Notes under the pieces: model-generated
What the model was told of the DNA's origin: nothing
Databases searched by the model: none
Seen by the model: only the letters and a program-made list of their open reading frames with translations
Position numbers and translations under genes: made by a program
Assembly: GCA_023414975.1 (NCBI GenBank)
Contig: JAEZMI010000436.1
Coordinates: 1 to 40,941, forward strand
Length of the DNA: 40,941 nucleotides
Reading direction: 5' to 3'
Origin: Pseudomonadota bacterium
Lineage (GTDB): Bacteria > Pseudomonadota > Alphaproteobacteria > Rhizobiales > Xanthobacteraceae
Shown here: positions 10,534 to 21,374 of the stretch, piece after piece
Position numbering within the stretch: position 1 is the first letter of the stretch
Layout of the letters: each line of letters begins with the position of its first letter

Positions 10534-12821
10534 GTAGCCCTCGTGGCGACAGGCGGCGCGGCCGCCGTGCTGCGGGCGCGTAGCGCGTTCAACGTGACGA
10601 TCACCGAGGAGCCGGACATGGCGAGCGCGGCGATAAGCGGCGTCACCAGCCCGGAAATGGCAAGCGGCACGGCAATGAGATTGTAGAGCACAGCGATCAT
10701 GAGGTTCTGGCGCATGAGCCGGCGCGCCTTGGCGGCAATGGCGAGCGCCGCCTCCACGGGGTCCAGTCGGTCACCGAGGAACACGGCGTCGGCCTGGGCG
10801 CGGGTCACATCGGCTGCGGTGATTGGCGAGAGAGAGACATGCGCGGTGGCAAGCGAGGGGGCGTCGTTAATGCCGTCGCCTACCATCAGCACCCGGTGTT
10901 TCCCCTCGCCAGCGAGGCTGTCCAGCACGGCGATCTTGTCGGCCGGTCGAGCTTGCGCCCACCAGTCGGTCATGCCGAGCTCTTCCGCCACCAGCGCGAC
11001 CGCTTCCCGGCGATCGCCCGAGACAAGCACCACACGCGCGCCGTCTTCCGCAGCACCCGCGCCGATCTTAAGCCGGCTTATCACCGCCCTTGCATCCGGC
11101 CTCAGCGTCTGACGGATTTCCAGAACAGCAGCATCGTCGCCGAGGCGCACGGCCACCAGCGACGCGTCCGGCGCGTGCGACCTGCCCTCGGGACAGCCGC
11201 AAAACGCGAGACTGCCAAGCCGCGCCACGCGACCATCGATCGTGGCCTCGATCCCCAGACCCGTGACTTCATGAGCGTCCGCCACCGGCACGGCGTCGGA
11301 ACACTGCGCCGCGATGGCGCGGGCGAGCGGATGAGTGCTGGCAACCGCCAACCGCGCCGCCGCCGCCATCAACTGCGGTGGGATGCTCGCGGCGTTGGCC
11401 GCCGCCGGCTCCGGAAGCGTCAGCGTGCCCGTCTTGTCGAAAGCGATGGTGTCGACCTCGGCCAGCCGCTCAAGGGCGTCGCCGGCGTTCAGCAGGATCC
11501 CGTTGCGCATGAGCGTGCCAGCGGCGACCACCTGAACGGCGGGAACCGCCAGCGCCAGCGCGCAGGGGCAGGTGATGATGAGCACGGCAACGGCGATCAG
11601 CACCGCCTCATGCAGGGATGCGCCGGCAACCAGCCAGCCGACCAGAGAGAGCGCCGCGGTGGCGTGAACCACCGGCGCATAGAGCCGCGCGGCGCGATCG
11701 GCGAGCCGCACATAGCGCCCGCGCGCGGTCGCCGCCTTGTCGAGCAGCCGCTCGATTTCCTCAAGGAATGTGTCCTCGCCCGCCGCCGTGGTGCGCAGGC
11801 GCAATGCGCCGTCATGCACGAGACTGCCGGCATGGACCATCGCACCCGCCTCGACCGCACGCGGCAAGGTCTCGCCGGTGACGAGGCTTTCATCCAGCGC
11901 CGCGCGACCCGAAACGACGATCCCGTCGACTGGCGCGCGCTCGCCCGCGCTCACCATCACCTCGTCCCCCGGCGTCAAGGCGGCGGCAGGAACCGTGACG
12001 AGGCTTCCATCAGGGGTGAAGCGCCGCGCGCTCACGGCCTTCAGCGCCGCCAGATTGCCCGCCTCGGCGCGCGTCTTGCGGCGCATGGCATGGTCGAAAT
12101 AACGACCGGTGAGCAGGAAGAAAAGCAGCATCACCGCCGAGTCGAAATAGGCGTGCTCGGCATGATGCAGCGTCTCGAACACGGAGACGCCCAGCGCCAG
12201 CATCACACCGAGCGTGATCGGCACGTCCATATTGAGCGTGCGCGATTTCAGGGCCCGCAGCGCGCTCTGGAAAAAGGGTTGCCCGGCATAGGCGCACGCC
12301 GGCAGCGCGATAAGCGCGGAAAGCCAGTGGAAGAGGTCCCGCGTCTCCGGCGTGATATCCGTCGCGTTGCCCGACCAGACGGAGACCGAGAGCAGCATGA
12401 TGTTCATCGCCGCGAAGCCCGCCACCGCGAGGCAGCGTAGCAAATGGCGCGCATTGGCGTGCTCTATCGCCTCCAGCCTGTCCGCCTCGAAGGGATAGGC
12501 GCGGTAGCCGATCCTCGCCAGAGCATCCAGCACGGCTTCAGGCCGCGCCTCCTCGCCTTTGCGCCAACTAACGGCAAGGCGATGAGCCGTATAGTTCAGC
12601 CGGGCGAGACTGACGCCGGGAAGAGCTTCGCTCGCATCCTCGATCTCGTCGATGCAGGCCGCGCAGTCGATACCCTCGACCGCGAAGGCCATCTCGACGC
12701 CACCGCCGGGCCGCTCGCGGAGGAACAGCGAATAATCCCGCGTTGCTTCGCGCGCCGCCCGTCCCGCCGGCCCCGGCGCGGGCTGGAGGGCGCGCGGAAA
12801 GGCAATGACCTCGGCATCCAT
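10530..12821 (-). CDS. ccoI: Cu-transporting P1B-type ATPase FixI/CcoI
   Basis: HMA GIDCAAC, TGE, ITCPCAL, DKTGTLT, MVGDGIND; fixGHIS context. Confidence 0.95.
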   Translation of the reverse strand: MDAEVIAFPRALQPAPGPAGRAAREATRDYSLFLRERPGGGVEMAFAVEGIDCAACIDEIEDASEALPGVSLARLNYTAHRLAVSWRKGEEARPEAVLDALARIGYRAYPFEADRLEAIEHANARHLLRCLAVAGFAAMNIMLLSVSVWSGNATDITPETRDLFHWLSALIALPACAYAGQPFFQSALRALKSRTLNMDVPITLGVMLALGVSVFETLHHAEHAYFDSAVMLLFFLLTGRYFDHAMRRKTRAEAGNLAALKAVSARRFTPDGSLVTVPAAALTPGDEVMVSAGERAPVDGIVVSGRAALDESLVTGETLPRAVEAGAMVHAGSLVHDGALRLRTTAAGEDTFLEEIERLLDKAATARGRYVRLADRAARLYAPVVHATAALSLVGWLVAGASLHEAVLIAVAVLIITCPCALALAVPAVQVVAAGTLMRNGILLNAGDALERLAEVDTIAFDKTGTLTLPEPAAANAASIPPQLMAAAARLAVASTHPLARAIAAQCSDAVPVADAHEVTGLGIEATIDGRVARLGSLAFCGCPEGRSHAPDASLVAVRLGDDAAVLEIRQTLRPDARAVISRLKIGAGAAEDGARVVLVSGDRREAVALVAEELGMTDWWAQARPADKIAVLDSLAGEGKHRVLMVGDGINDAPSLATAHVSLSPITAADVTRAQADAVFLGDRLDPVEAALAIAAKARRLMRQNLMIAVLYNLIAVPLAISGLVTPLIAALAMSGSSVIVTLNALRARSTAAAPPVATRAT

Positions 12822-12830
12822 CGCTGCCCC

Positions 12831-13325
12831 CTACTTCACATAGACCCGGTTCATCGAGCGGTAGAGGCGCTGCCCGTCACGGGAGAAGTCGATCACCATC
12901 TCCCACTGGCCGGCCGGGATCTCGCCGCGCGCGCTCCAAAGGCCGTCCGAGATTTTTTCCGGCGCCAGCGCGATGTCGAGCTTGCGATTTGTGGGGTGAT
13001 GCAGCTCCACGGCCAGATCGATTCCGGCGGGCGGCAACCCGCCGGCGTCGCGCGCGCTTACGATGACGCGGGTCGGTTCGACATGGGCATCGACCTGCCA
13101 CTGACGGGCGGCCTGCGCCGCGGCGGCCTCGCTCTCCTGGCGGAATTCAAGACCCGCCTTGTAGGAACTCTCCGTCTCCACTCCCCCGAAACTCGTCACC
13201 GCCGCGCGCACGAGAAAGAAATTGGCGGCGAAGACGATCCCGAAGAAACCGAGAAAGCAGGCGAGCACGGTGCGCCCGGCAAGGGGTCGGCCCGACGTGG
13301 CGGGTTCGCTGGCGTCATAAACCAT
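12831..13325 (-). CDS. ccoH: FixH/CcoH assembly protein
   Basis: VLACFLGFFGIVFAAN TM, SYKAG, GQWEM; lies between fixG and fixI; GAGGAG SD. Confidence 0.9.
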   Translation of the reverse strand: MVYDASEPATSGRPLAGRTVLACFLGFFGIVFAANFFLVRAAVTSFGGVETESSYKAGLEFRQESEAAAAQAARQWQVDAHVEPTRVIVSARDAGGLPPAGIDLAVELHHPTNRKLDIALAPEKISDGLWSARGEIPAGQWEMVIDFSRDGQRLYRSMNRVYVK

Positions 13326-13336
13326 GGCGGTTCTCC

Positions 13337-14803
13337 TCAGGGGCCCTTGAAGTGGTCCGGAGCGCGACTGACCTGGCCGCCGGCCACATCGGTGACGGCG
13401 AACTCGGCAGGAAGCGAGGCATTGGGCGGCAGCTTGGCTTGGGTGGAGACCAGCACGCGCAGTTCGTAGGTCTGGTCGGGTCCTACCTCGATCACGGGCG
13501 ACCCATTGACGAGCGTGCTCACTCCGCCCGCAACGTCCAGCCGCGCCTCCGGCACGCCGCTCACGGAAAGGGCGAACCGGCGCGGCATGTTCTGCTTGTT
13601 GACGATGCGCATCGTGTAGGCGTTGCGGATCGCCCCGTCGGAGAGCTGCACGAAGAGCGGGTTGCGGTCATGCAGCACGGAGACGCCTTCGGTGCTCCGC
13701 GCGGCGAGGGTGTAAAGCATGATGGCGCCGACGCCGATGATCAGCGCGGCATAGAGCAGGGTGCGGGCGCGCAGGATCTTCGTCACCGGCGCCAGCCCCT
13801 TGATGCGGCGCTGCACGTTCATCTCGGTGTCGTAGGCGATGAGCGCCGTAGGGCGGCCGATCTTCTTCATCACCGCGTCGCAGGCGTCGATGCACAGGCC
13901 GCACTGGATGCAGGCGAGCTGGCTGCCGAGGCGAATGTCGACGCCCGTCGGGCAGGCGGAGACACATTGCCGGCAGTCGATGCAGTCGCCGGCCGGCAGG
14001 CCTTCGCGCTTCAGCGCCTCCGTCTTCTTGAAGGAGCCTCGCGGCTCTCCCCGGTCATAGCGGTAGGTGACGTTGAGTGCGTACTCGTCGGTCAACGCCG
14101 CCTGGATGCGCGGCCAAGGGCACATATAGGTGCACACCTGTTCGCGCAGGTGTCCCGCCAGCAGATAGGTTGTGAAGGTAAGGATGCCGATCCACAGATA
14201 GGCGACGGCCGGCCCCTCCCCTTTGAGCAGTTGCAGGGCGAGCGCTGGCGCATCGGCGAAATAGAGCACCCAGGCACCACCGGTCCACCAGGCGACCATC
14301 AGCCAGAGGACATGCTTGGAAACCGCCTCGAAGGCGCGCTGGGCGTGCGAGGCGTGCTTGAGCTTCTCGCGGCGCTGGCGGGGATCGCCCTCCACCATGC
14401 GTTCGATGGCCTGGAACAGATCGGTCCACACCGTCTGCGGACAGAGATAGCCGCACCAGAGCCGACCGGCGACGGCGTTCATGAGGAACAGTGCCAGGGC
14501 GGCCAGGATCAGCAGGCCGGTCAGGTAATAGATTTCCTGCGGCCAGATCTCGATGAAGAAGAAATAGAAGCGGCCATTCACAAGATCGACCAGCACCGCC
14601 TGCGAGGGAGCGTTCGGGCCGCGGTCCCAGCGCAGGAAGGGCAGCAGATAGTAGATGCCGAGCGTGATGACGAGCAGCGTCCACTTGATGCGGCGGAAGG
14701 TGCCGCGCACCGCGATCGGGTAGATCTTGCGCCGCGACTCGTAGAGCGGGCCTTCGATCTCGGTTTCGACGGCTTCGGGTTTGGTGGCCACGTTCATGTT
14801 CAT
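13337..14803 (-). CDS. ccoG: FixG/CcoG 4Fe-4S membrane protein (cupric reductase)
   Basis: GRLWCGYLCPQTVW, CTYMCPW, CIDCRQCVSACPTG, CIQCGLCIDAC. Start uncertain (14812, 14803 or 14797). Confidence 0.94.
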   Translation of the reverse strand: MNMNVATKPEAVETEIEGPLYESRRKIYPIAVRGTFRRIKWTLLVITLGIYYLLPFLRWDRGPNAPSQAVLVDLVNGRFYFFFIEIWPQEIYYLTGLLILAALALFLMNAVAGRLWCGYLCPQTVWTDLFQAIERMVEGDPRQRREKLKHASHAQRAFEAVSKHVLWLMVAWWTGGAWVLYFADAPALALQLLKGEGPAVAYLWIGILTFTTYLLAGHLREQVCTYMCPWPRIQAALTDEYALNVTYRYDRGEPRGSFKKTEALKREGLPAGDCIDCRQCVSACPTGVDIRLGSQLACIQCGLCIDACDAVMKKIGRPTALIAYDTEMNVQRRIKGLAPVTKILRARTLLYAALIIGVGAIMLYTLAARSTEGVSVLHDRNPLFVQLSDGAIRNAYTMRIVNKQNMPRRFALSVSGVPEARLDVAGGVSTLVNGSPVIEVGPDQTYELRVLVSTQAKLPPNASLPAEFAVTDVAGGQVSRAPDHFKGP

Positions 14804-14926
14804 CCCCGGCACGGCAACAGCTTCTTTTAGAGGTTTGAAACTGCGGCTTTGATCCGGGCGATGACGGGCGGAAAAATGCTTATGCGACCACGTATCACGG
14901 GCTGGCGACGAGCGCCGGAACAGGCG

Positions 14927-14949
14927 ATGGCCGGGACACGCCCGGCCAT
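14927..14949. repeat. REP-like 9-bp hairpin between fixP and fixG
   Basis: ATGGCCGGG-ACACG-CCCGGCCAT perfect inverted repeat, resembling the GATGGCCGGG...CCCGGCCATGAC palindromic repeats of Hyphomicrobiales. Confidence 0.55.
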
Positions 14950-14982
14950 GATGCCGTCAGGATCCTCGCGACAAAATTCGCA

Positions 14983-15867
14983 TCAACGCCCCCCGCCGAG
15001 CGAATGGACGTAGACGGTGAGCGCCTTGATGGTCGTCGGGTCGAGGCGGCTGCCCCAGGCCGGCATGATGCCGGCACGGCCATTGGTCAGCGTGGCGATG
15101 ATCGTGTTGCGGTCGGATCCATAGAGCCAGATGCCGTCGGTGAGGTTCGGCGCGCCGAGCTCGATGTTGCCCTTGCCATCATCGCCATGGCAGACCGCGC
15201 AGTTCGCTTCGAACACCTCTTTGCCCTTGGTGAGATCGGGAGCGACCCCCGCCGGCACCGGCAGGCCGCTGAGCGAGCGTACGTAATCGGCGACCGCAGC
15301 GATCTCCGGCCGCTGCAGGATGCCGTCGCGACCGAAGGCCGGCATGTCGCCGACATGCGCGTCCGGATCGCTGGAGCGGACGCCGTGCAGGATCGTCTGC
15401 TGAATCTGCTCGAGAGACCCGCCCCACACCCAATCGTCGTCGTTCAGGTTCGGGTAACCCGTGGCACCGCCGCCGCCCGCGCCATGGCACGGCGCGCAGT
15501 TGTCGCCGAACGCCGCCCGGCCCTGGGCCCGCGCGAAGGCGAGCAGCTCCGGCGTCGATTCAATCTGCTCCAGCGAGGCCGCCTGCAGCTTGTCGGCGAA
15601 GGCGGCACGCTGAGACCGCAGATCGGCCAGCTCGACCTGTACGGCGTTGCGGGACTTCCAGCCGAGCGCGCCGCTCGTGTAGGAACTGACCAGCGGCCAG
15701 GCCGGGAAAACAACCCAATAGGCCACCGCCCACACAATGGTGGCGTAGAAGATCCACAGCCACCAGCGCGGCAGCGGGTTGTTCAGTTCGCGAATGCCGT
15801 CCCATTCGTGGCCGGTCGTCGAGACGCCACTGACAGCGTCCACATCGGGCTTGTGAATATCGGCCAT
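14983..15867 (-). CDS. ccoP: cbb3-type cytochrome c oxidase subunit III (diheme)
   Basis: TTGHEWDGIRELNNPLPRWW; heme motifs CAPCH and CAVCH. Confidence 0.96.
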   Translation of the reverse strand: MADIHKPDVDAVSGVSTTGHEWDGIRELNNPLPRWWLWIFYATIVWAVAYWVVFPAWPLVSSYTSGALGWKSRNAVQVELADLRSQRAAFADKLQAASLEQIESTPELLAFARAQGRAAFGDNCAPCHGAGGGGATGYPNLNDDDWVWGGSLEQIQQTILHGVRSSDPDAHVGDMPAFGRDGILQRPEIAAVADYVRSLSGLPVPAGVAPDLTKGKEVFEANCAVCHGDDGKGNIELGAPNLTDGIWLYGSDRNTIIATLTNGRAGIMPAWGSRLDPTTIKALTVYVHSLGGGR

Positions 15868-15871
15868 GATC

Positions 15872-16027
15872 TCAGTCCTCGCTCAGAGGAAGACGGGCGG
15901 CGTGGTCGAACTGCGCCTTGCGCGAGGGCGAGAGCGCGTAGACCAGCACGCAGAGGAAAATGCCCACGAAGTAGAGGAGCCCCCAGGTCTGGGCGAACTC
16001 GGCGAGGGCGCGATAGGTCTCGTTCAT
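15872..16027 (-). CDS. ccoQ: cbb3-type oxidase subunit FixQ/CcoQ (51 aa)
   Basis: MNETYRALAEFAQTWGLLYFVGIFLCVLVYALSPSRKAQFDHAARLPLSED; GAGGGA SD about 7 nt before ATG 16027. Confidence 0.92.
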   Translation of the reverse strand: MNETYRALAEFAQTWGLLYFVGIFLCVLVYALSPSRKAQFDHAARLPLSED

Positions 16028-16038
16028 GTCCATTTCCC

Positions 16039-16797
<759 letters not shown>

Positions 16798-16807
16798 TTT
16801 TCTGTCC

Positions 16808-18484
16808 TCACTCAGCCGGCACGAGGGACGGGGTCCGCACGCCGCTATCGGCTTCGGCGGTGCCGGGCTGGCGGATGGTCATGAAGATGTTGAAGGCCAT
16901 CAGCAGGGCGCCGATCAGGAACAGCACGCCGCCCACCGCGCGGATGATGTAGAAGGGGTGCATCGCCTCGACGGTCTCGATGAACGAGTATTCCAGGAAG
17001 CCGAGCGAGGTGTAGGCGCGCCACATGAGGCCCTGCAGGATGCCCGCCACCCACATGGACGAGATGTAAAAGACGATGCCGATCGTGGAGATCCAGAAGT
17101 GCCAGTTTACGAGGCGCAGCGAGTAGAGCTCGCGCTTCTGCCAGAGCCACGGCACCAGGCAGTACACCGCCCCGAAGGAGATGTAAGCGACCCAACCCAG
17201 CGCCCCGGAATGCACATGACCGATGGTCCAATCGGTGTAGTGGGACAGCGAGTTGACCGCCTTGACCGACATCATCGGGCCTTCGAAGGTCGACATGCCA
17301 TAGAACGCGACCGACACGACCATCATGCGCAGCACCGGATCGGTGCGCAGCTTGTCCCAGGCGCCAGAGAGCGTCATCAAACCGTTGATCATGCCGCCCC
17401 AGGACGGCATCCAGAGCATGATCGAGAAGGTCATGCCCAGCGTCTGCGCCCAGTCCGGCAGGGCGGTGTAGTGCAGGTGGTGCGGACCCGCCCAGATGTA
17501 GAGGAAGATCAGCGCCCAGAAATGGATGATCGAGAGCCGGTAGGAGTAAACCGGCCGGTTGGCGCGCTTCGGGATGAAGTAATACATGATGGCGAGGAAG
17601 CCGGCGGTCAGGAAAAAGCCTACAGCGTTATGGCCGTACCACCACTGCACCATCGCATCCTGCACGCCTGCCCAGACGATGTAGGACTTCGGCGAGAAGA
17701 CGGAGATCGGGATCGTCGCGTTGTTGCCGAGATGCAGCACGGCGATGGTGACGATGAAGGCGAGGTAAAACCAGTTCGCCACATAGATGTGCGGCTCCTG
17801 CCGGCGCCACAGCGTGACCAGGAACACCAGCAGATAGGTGACCCACACGACCGTCAGCCACAGGTCGGCATACCATTCTGGCTCGGCGTACTCCTTGCCC
17901 TGGGTGACGCCGAGGAGATAGCCCGTGCCGGCGATGACGATGAAGAAGTTGTAGCCGAGAACGACGAACCACGGCGCGAGATAGCCGGCGAGACGGGCGC
18001 GCGAGGTACGCTGCACCACGTAGAAGGACGTCGCCAGCAGCACGTTGCCGCCGAAGGCGAAGATCACCGCGGAGGTGTGCAGGGGGCGAAGCCGGCCGAA
18101 GGCGGTCCAGGGTAGGTCGAAGTTCAGCGCCGGGAAGGCGAGCTGAAAGGCGATGATCACGCCGACCAGAAAGCCCGCAATGCCCCAGAACACCGCCGCG
18201 ATCGTGGCGAACTTGATCGGGCCCATGTTGTAGTTGGGCTTGCCGTCGACGGTCAGCGGCGGGAGCGCGGCCGGGCGATCCATGTAGCGGTTGAGGATGA
18301 CGAACACCGTCGCGAGGCTCGCGAAGGCCGAGAGATAGGCGTGGAAGGCATAGGCGCTGTCCTGTGCCTTGGCCGCGACGCTGATGCTCGACAGGGCGAG
18401 AAGGGCGAAGACCACGGCGAGCCCTCCCTCGCCGAATGTCATACTTTTCGTTGCGCCCCCGGCGACGCTGCTTTGCTGCGACAT
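16808..18484 (-). CDS. ccoN: cbb3-type oxidase catalytic subunit I
   Basis: [38 protein letters not shown] 18484 follows GAGGAGG. Confidence 0.97.
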   Translation of the reverse strand: MSQQSSVAGGATKSMTFGEGGLAVVFALLALSSISVAAKAQDSAYAFHAYLSAFASLATVFVILNRYMDRPAALPPLTVDGKPNYNMGPIKFATIAAVFWGIAGFLVGVIIAFQLAFPALNFDLPWTAFGRLRPLHTSAVIFAFGGNVLLATSFYVVQRTSRARLAGYLAPWFVVLGYNFFIVIAGTGYLLGVTQGKEYAEPEWYADLWLTVVWVTYLLVFLVTLWRRQEPHIYVANWFYLAFIVTIAVLHLGNNATIPISVFSPKSYIVWAGVQDAMVQWWYGHNAVGFFLTAGFLAIMYYFIPKRANRPVYSYRLSIIHFWALIFLYIWAGPHHLHYTALPDWAQTLGMTFSIMLWMPSWGGMINGLMTLSGAWDKLRTDPVLRMMVVSVAFYGMSTFEGPMMSVKAVNSLSHYTDWTIGHVHSGALGWVAYISFGAVYCLVPWLWQKRELYSLRLVNWHFWISTIGIVFYISSMWVAGILQGLMWRAYTSLGFLEYSFIETVEAMHPFYIIRAVGGVLFLIGALLMAFNIFMTIRQPGTAEADSGVRTPSLVPAE

Positions 18485-18594
18485 GCAACCCTCCTCGTCC
18501 ACCCGCTCTGGTGAGGCTTCGCCCGACCAATCTGGACCTGGAACGACTCCAATTTTTCCGGGAGGAGCTTTCGCGCTGTGGCCGCCGCGGGGCC

Positions 18595-18608
18595 TTGATG
18601 CAGGTCAA
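18595..18608. promoter_or_regulatory. FNR/FixK box (anaerobox) upstream of fixN
   Basis: TTGAT-GCAG-GTCAA against consensus TTGAT-N4-ATCAA (1 mismatch), about 110 nt upstream of the fixN start. Confidence 0.88.
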
Positions 18609-18782
18609 GGCTAGGTGTCTTCACGGACGTGCGAGCCGTGCCACGCAAGCGACGCCGTTGCTCACGTCAATCCTCACGCCCAAGCCTCACGCCCTTGCCC
18701 CCGCGGTCCCCGCGCGTCTAAGAGGTTCAAGGCCCCCACGCGTGGGGCGAGGGATGGTGGGGGACAGTTCGCCGTGCTCAGG

Positions 18783-19082
18783 ATGATCCGGTTCCTGCTG
18801 CGCTTTCTCGGCATCTGGCTGATGGCCGGCGGTTTCGTCGCGCTGGTGCTGGATGGCGTGCGCTCGATCGCCTCCTCAGAACTGGTCGCCACGCCGTTGG
18901 GAGTCACCTGGCTCGCCACCCATGAGGAGAGCCTCGCCGCCTTCCAGCAATGGGTGAACGCCACCCTTCCCGCCGGGTCGTGGGACCTCGTCGCCGCGCC
19001 AATCCTTCAGGCACCGCTCTTTCTCGTGCTGGCGGTGAGCGGGCTCGTGCTGATGCTCATCGGGCGTCCCCGCGCCGGCTGA
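18783..19082 (+). CDS. Small two-TM hypothetical membrane protein
   Basis: MIRFLLRFLGIWLMAGGFVALVLDG...; two hydrophobic segments, 99 aa from ATG 18783. Confidence 0.7.
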   Translation: MIRFLLRFLGIWLMAGGFVALVLDGVRSIASSELVATPLGVTWLATHEESLAAFQQWVNATLPAGSWDLVAAPILQAPLFLVLAVSGLVLMLIGRPRAG

Positions 19083-19175
19083 ACCTTGCCGTGATAGCTC
19101 GCGCTGGACGCGCCTGCCCTCGCAAACGGCGCCCGCGATACTTACATTGGGGCCATCCACAGCGAGGCTTCCACC

Positions 19176-19829
19176 ATGTTCTTCTTCAAGAAGACCCCCG
19201 AAATGCCGACGCCCGCCGAGGCGCTGCCTGGCCGCGCGCGCCCGCTTGCCACCGCCACGCACCATTTCGTCAACAAGCGACCGCTGAAGGGGCCCTATCC
19301 CGAGGGTCTCGAGACGGCGATCTTCGGTCTCGGTTGTTTCTGGGGCGCTGAGCGCAAGTTCTGGCAGACACCTGGCGTCTGGGTCACGGCGGTCGGCTAC
19401 ATCAACGGCATCACGCCGAACCCGACATATGAGGAAACATGCACCGGCCTCACCGGCCATGCGGAAGCCGTGCTGGTGGTCTTCGATCCCGAGCAGGTGA
19501 GCTACGAACAGCTTCTCAAGCTGTTTTGGGAAAGCCACGACCCGACGCAGGGCATGCGGCAGGGCAATGACGTCGGCACAACCTACCGCTCGGGCATCTA
19601 TACCACCTCGCCCGCGCAGAAGACGGCGGCCGAGACGAGCCGCGCGGCGTATGACGTCACACTGAAGGCCAAGGGCTACCCCCCGATCACCACAGAGATT
19701 GTCGAAGCTCCCACCTTCTACTTCGCCGAGGACTACCACCAGCAATATCTCGCCAAGAATCCGAGCGGCTATTGCGGCCTTGGCGGCACCGGCGTCTCCT
19801 GCCCGATCGGTACGGGCGTCAAGCCCTAG
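19176..19829 (+). CDS. msrA: Peptide-methionine (S)-S-oxide reductase
   Basis: [45 protein letters not shown]. Confidence 0.97.
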   Translation: MFFFKKTPEMPTPAEALPGRARPLATATHHFVNKRPLKGPYPEGLETAIFGLGCFWGAERKFWQTPGVWVTAVGYINGITPNPTYEETCTGLTGHAEAVLVVFDPEQVSYEQLLKLFWESHDPTQGMRQGNDVGTTYRSGIYTTSPAQKTAAETSRAAYDVTLKAKGYPPITTEIVEAPTFYFAEDYHQQYLAKNPSGYCGLGGTGVSCPIGTGVKP

Positions 19830-19900
19830 GGGGCGTCCAGTTCGGGCGCAGGGGTGTCGATTGTTGATCGCATCTCCGTCCGGGTCTTCCATGCGGCCGG

Positions 19901-19943
19901 CTCGAAGCGGAAACTGATGGGAACCGTAAGTTTCCGCTTCGAG
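19901..19943 (+). promoter_or_regulatory. Perfect 15-bp inverted repeat overlapping the SD of the downstream gene
   Basis: CTCGAAGCGGAAACT (19901-19915), 13-nt loop, AGTTTCCGCTTCGAG (19929-19943); GAGGA at 19941-19945; ATG at 19951. Function unknown. Confidence 0.6.
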
Positions 19944-19950
19944 GACAGTC

Positions 19951-20685
19951 ATGACTGGTTGTGCCCGCCCGCCCCATCGCCTCGCGCGACGTCTTGTTAG
20001 TCTCGCGGTACTGGCGACCCTGGGGGCGCCCGTTGTGCGGGCCGAGACTGCGGCGATCACACCGACTTTGCCGGCGGTTTTACGCGATGCTCGCTACTGC
20101 GAGATCATACCGATCGATCTGACTCTCGAAGGATTGCGGGCCTCCGTCTACAACACGCTTGACTTTGACGACTGCCCGGCTGACAAGTGGGAGGCACTCA
20201 CCCAGATTGAACTGCTGCGCCAGTTCGAAACGCTTGCTGTGGTGATGAACGGGCCGCGCCACTTCCTGATGGACGACATCATCGCCGCTGGCGCCACCAA
20301 GACCGGGGATGTCATCACCATTGGCGGCATAACGCTCGCCAAGCGGGCCGAGGTCGGGCTGTCGGTGCACCAGGCTATGGGGCCAGCTTACACGGAGCAG
20401 ACCATCGAGCGCGACACGACATATCGCTTCGATGCGGGCAAACCTGTCTTCACCCTCACTGCACCGGACGGATCGGTCTATGTGATGCAGTCCTACGCCC
20501 AGATCGTCGATCCAAAGCTCGCCTATGGCGATCTGCCGACGCTCGGCAACAAGCTCAAGCTGCCCGCCGGCTGGTCCTATGGCATGCTCGCGCCCGACAA
20601 AGACCTGTTGCTTGAGGCCAACGGGACGGCAATCGTGATTCAGGACACACTGAAGAACACCTATCAGAAGATGGCGCCGAACTGA
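19951..20685 (+). CDS. Hypothetical exported protein
   Basis: 244-aa ORF with SD GAGGA and a signal-peptide-like N-terminus (basic, hydrophobic, VRA); motifs RYCEI, VYNT..CP, NGPR, YVMQSY, LPAGW. Confidence 0.75.
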   Translation: MTGCARPPHRLARRLVSLAVLATLGAPVVRAETAAITPTLPAVLRDARYCEIIPIDLTLEGLRASVYNTLDFDDCPADKWEALTQIELLRQFETLAVVMNGPRHFLMDDIIAAGATKTGDVITIGGITLAKRAEVGLSVHQAMGPAYTEQTIERDTTYRFDAGKPVFTLTAPDGSVYVMQSYAQIVDPKLAYGDLPTLGNKLKLPAGWSYGMLAPDKDLLLEANGTAIVIQDTLKNTYQKMAPN

Positions 20686-20802
20686 TCGCCGCCTCACGGC
20701 GCGCAAGGCCGCTCCCGTTCACACCCCCTTGCCGCCGCCGCGCGGGCATGGCACGCCTCTCGCACCCGCGAGAGGCGGGATCACGTCAGGGGCGCGCCGC
20801 GC

Positions 20803-21300
20803 ATGGAAAAGCTCATCGAACGCTTCATCTTCATCAGCCGCTGGATCATGGCGCCGTTTTACATCGGCCTGGTGATCGCGTTGGTGGTCCTACTGTTCAA
20901 GTTCGGCCACGAGCTCTTCCATTTCGTGACGCATGCCTACGCCTCCGATGAAAGCGACATCATCCTCGGCATCCTGGCCTTGATCGACCTCACCTTCACC
21001 GGCAGCCTCGTGATCATCGTCATCTTCTCGGGCTACGAGAATTTCGTCTCCCGCATCGACGCGAGCGGCCATTCGGACTGGCCGGAATGGATGACCAAGG
21101 TCGATTTCGCCGGTCTCAAGCAAAAGCTCTTGGCCTCCATCGTCGCGATCTCCGCCATCGCGCTGCTCAAGGCATTCATGAATCTCGACAATGGCGTCGA
21201 TGAGAAGCAGCTCATGTGGCTCGTCATTATCCACATGGTGTTCGTCGTGTCCGGCGTCGTCCTCGCCTGGACGGACAAGCTGTCGGAGAAGGCGCACTGA
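20803..21300 (+). CDS. UPF0114/TIGR00645 (YqhA-like) membrane protein
   Basis: SRWIMAPFYIGL, IFSGYENFVS, LKQKLLASIVAISAIALL. Confidence 0.88.
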   Translation: MEKLIERFIFISRWIMAPFYIGLVIALVVLLFKFGHELFHFVTHAYASDESDIILGILALIDLTFTGSLVIIVIFSGYENFVSRIDASGHSDWPEWMTKVDFAGLKQKLLASIVAISAIALLKAFMNLDNGVDEKQLMWLVIIHMVFVVSGVVLAWTDKLSEKAH

Positions 21301-21374
21301 ATTTACCGAGAAATCTACGTTTATTGATTTCAATGGACGTGGATCGCGTGTAATAAGAAGCCGATCTGTGCAAG

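Noticed and set aside
14849..14862. Second FNR/FixK box upstream of fixG (TTGAT-CCGG-GCGAT)
   Set aside because: Only one good half-site; the position is plausible but the match is too weak to call.
18658..18670. TTGCT-CAC-GTCAA as an additional FNR box
   Set aside because: Spacer is 3 nt rather than 4.
18734..18747. Palindrome CCCCACGCGTGGGG (and the similar CCCCAGCTGGGG near 2455-2466)
   Set aside because: Short, almost all G/C, and likely to occur by chance at this base composition.
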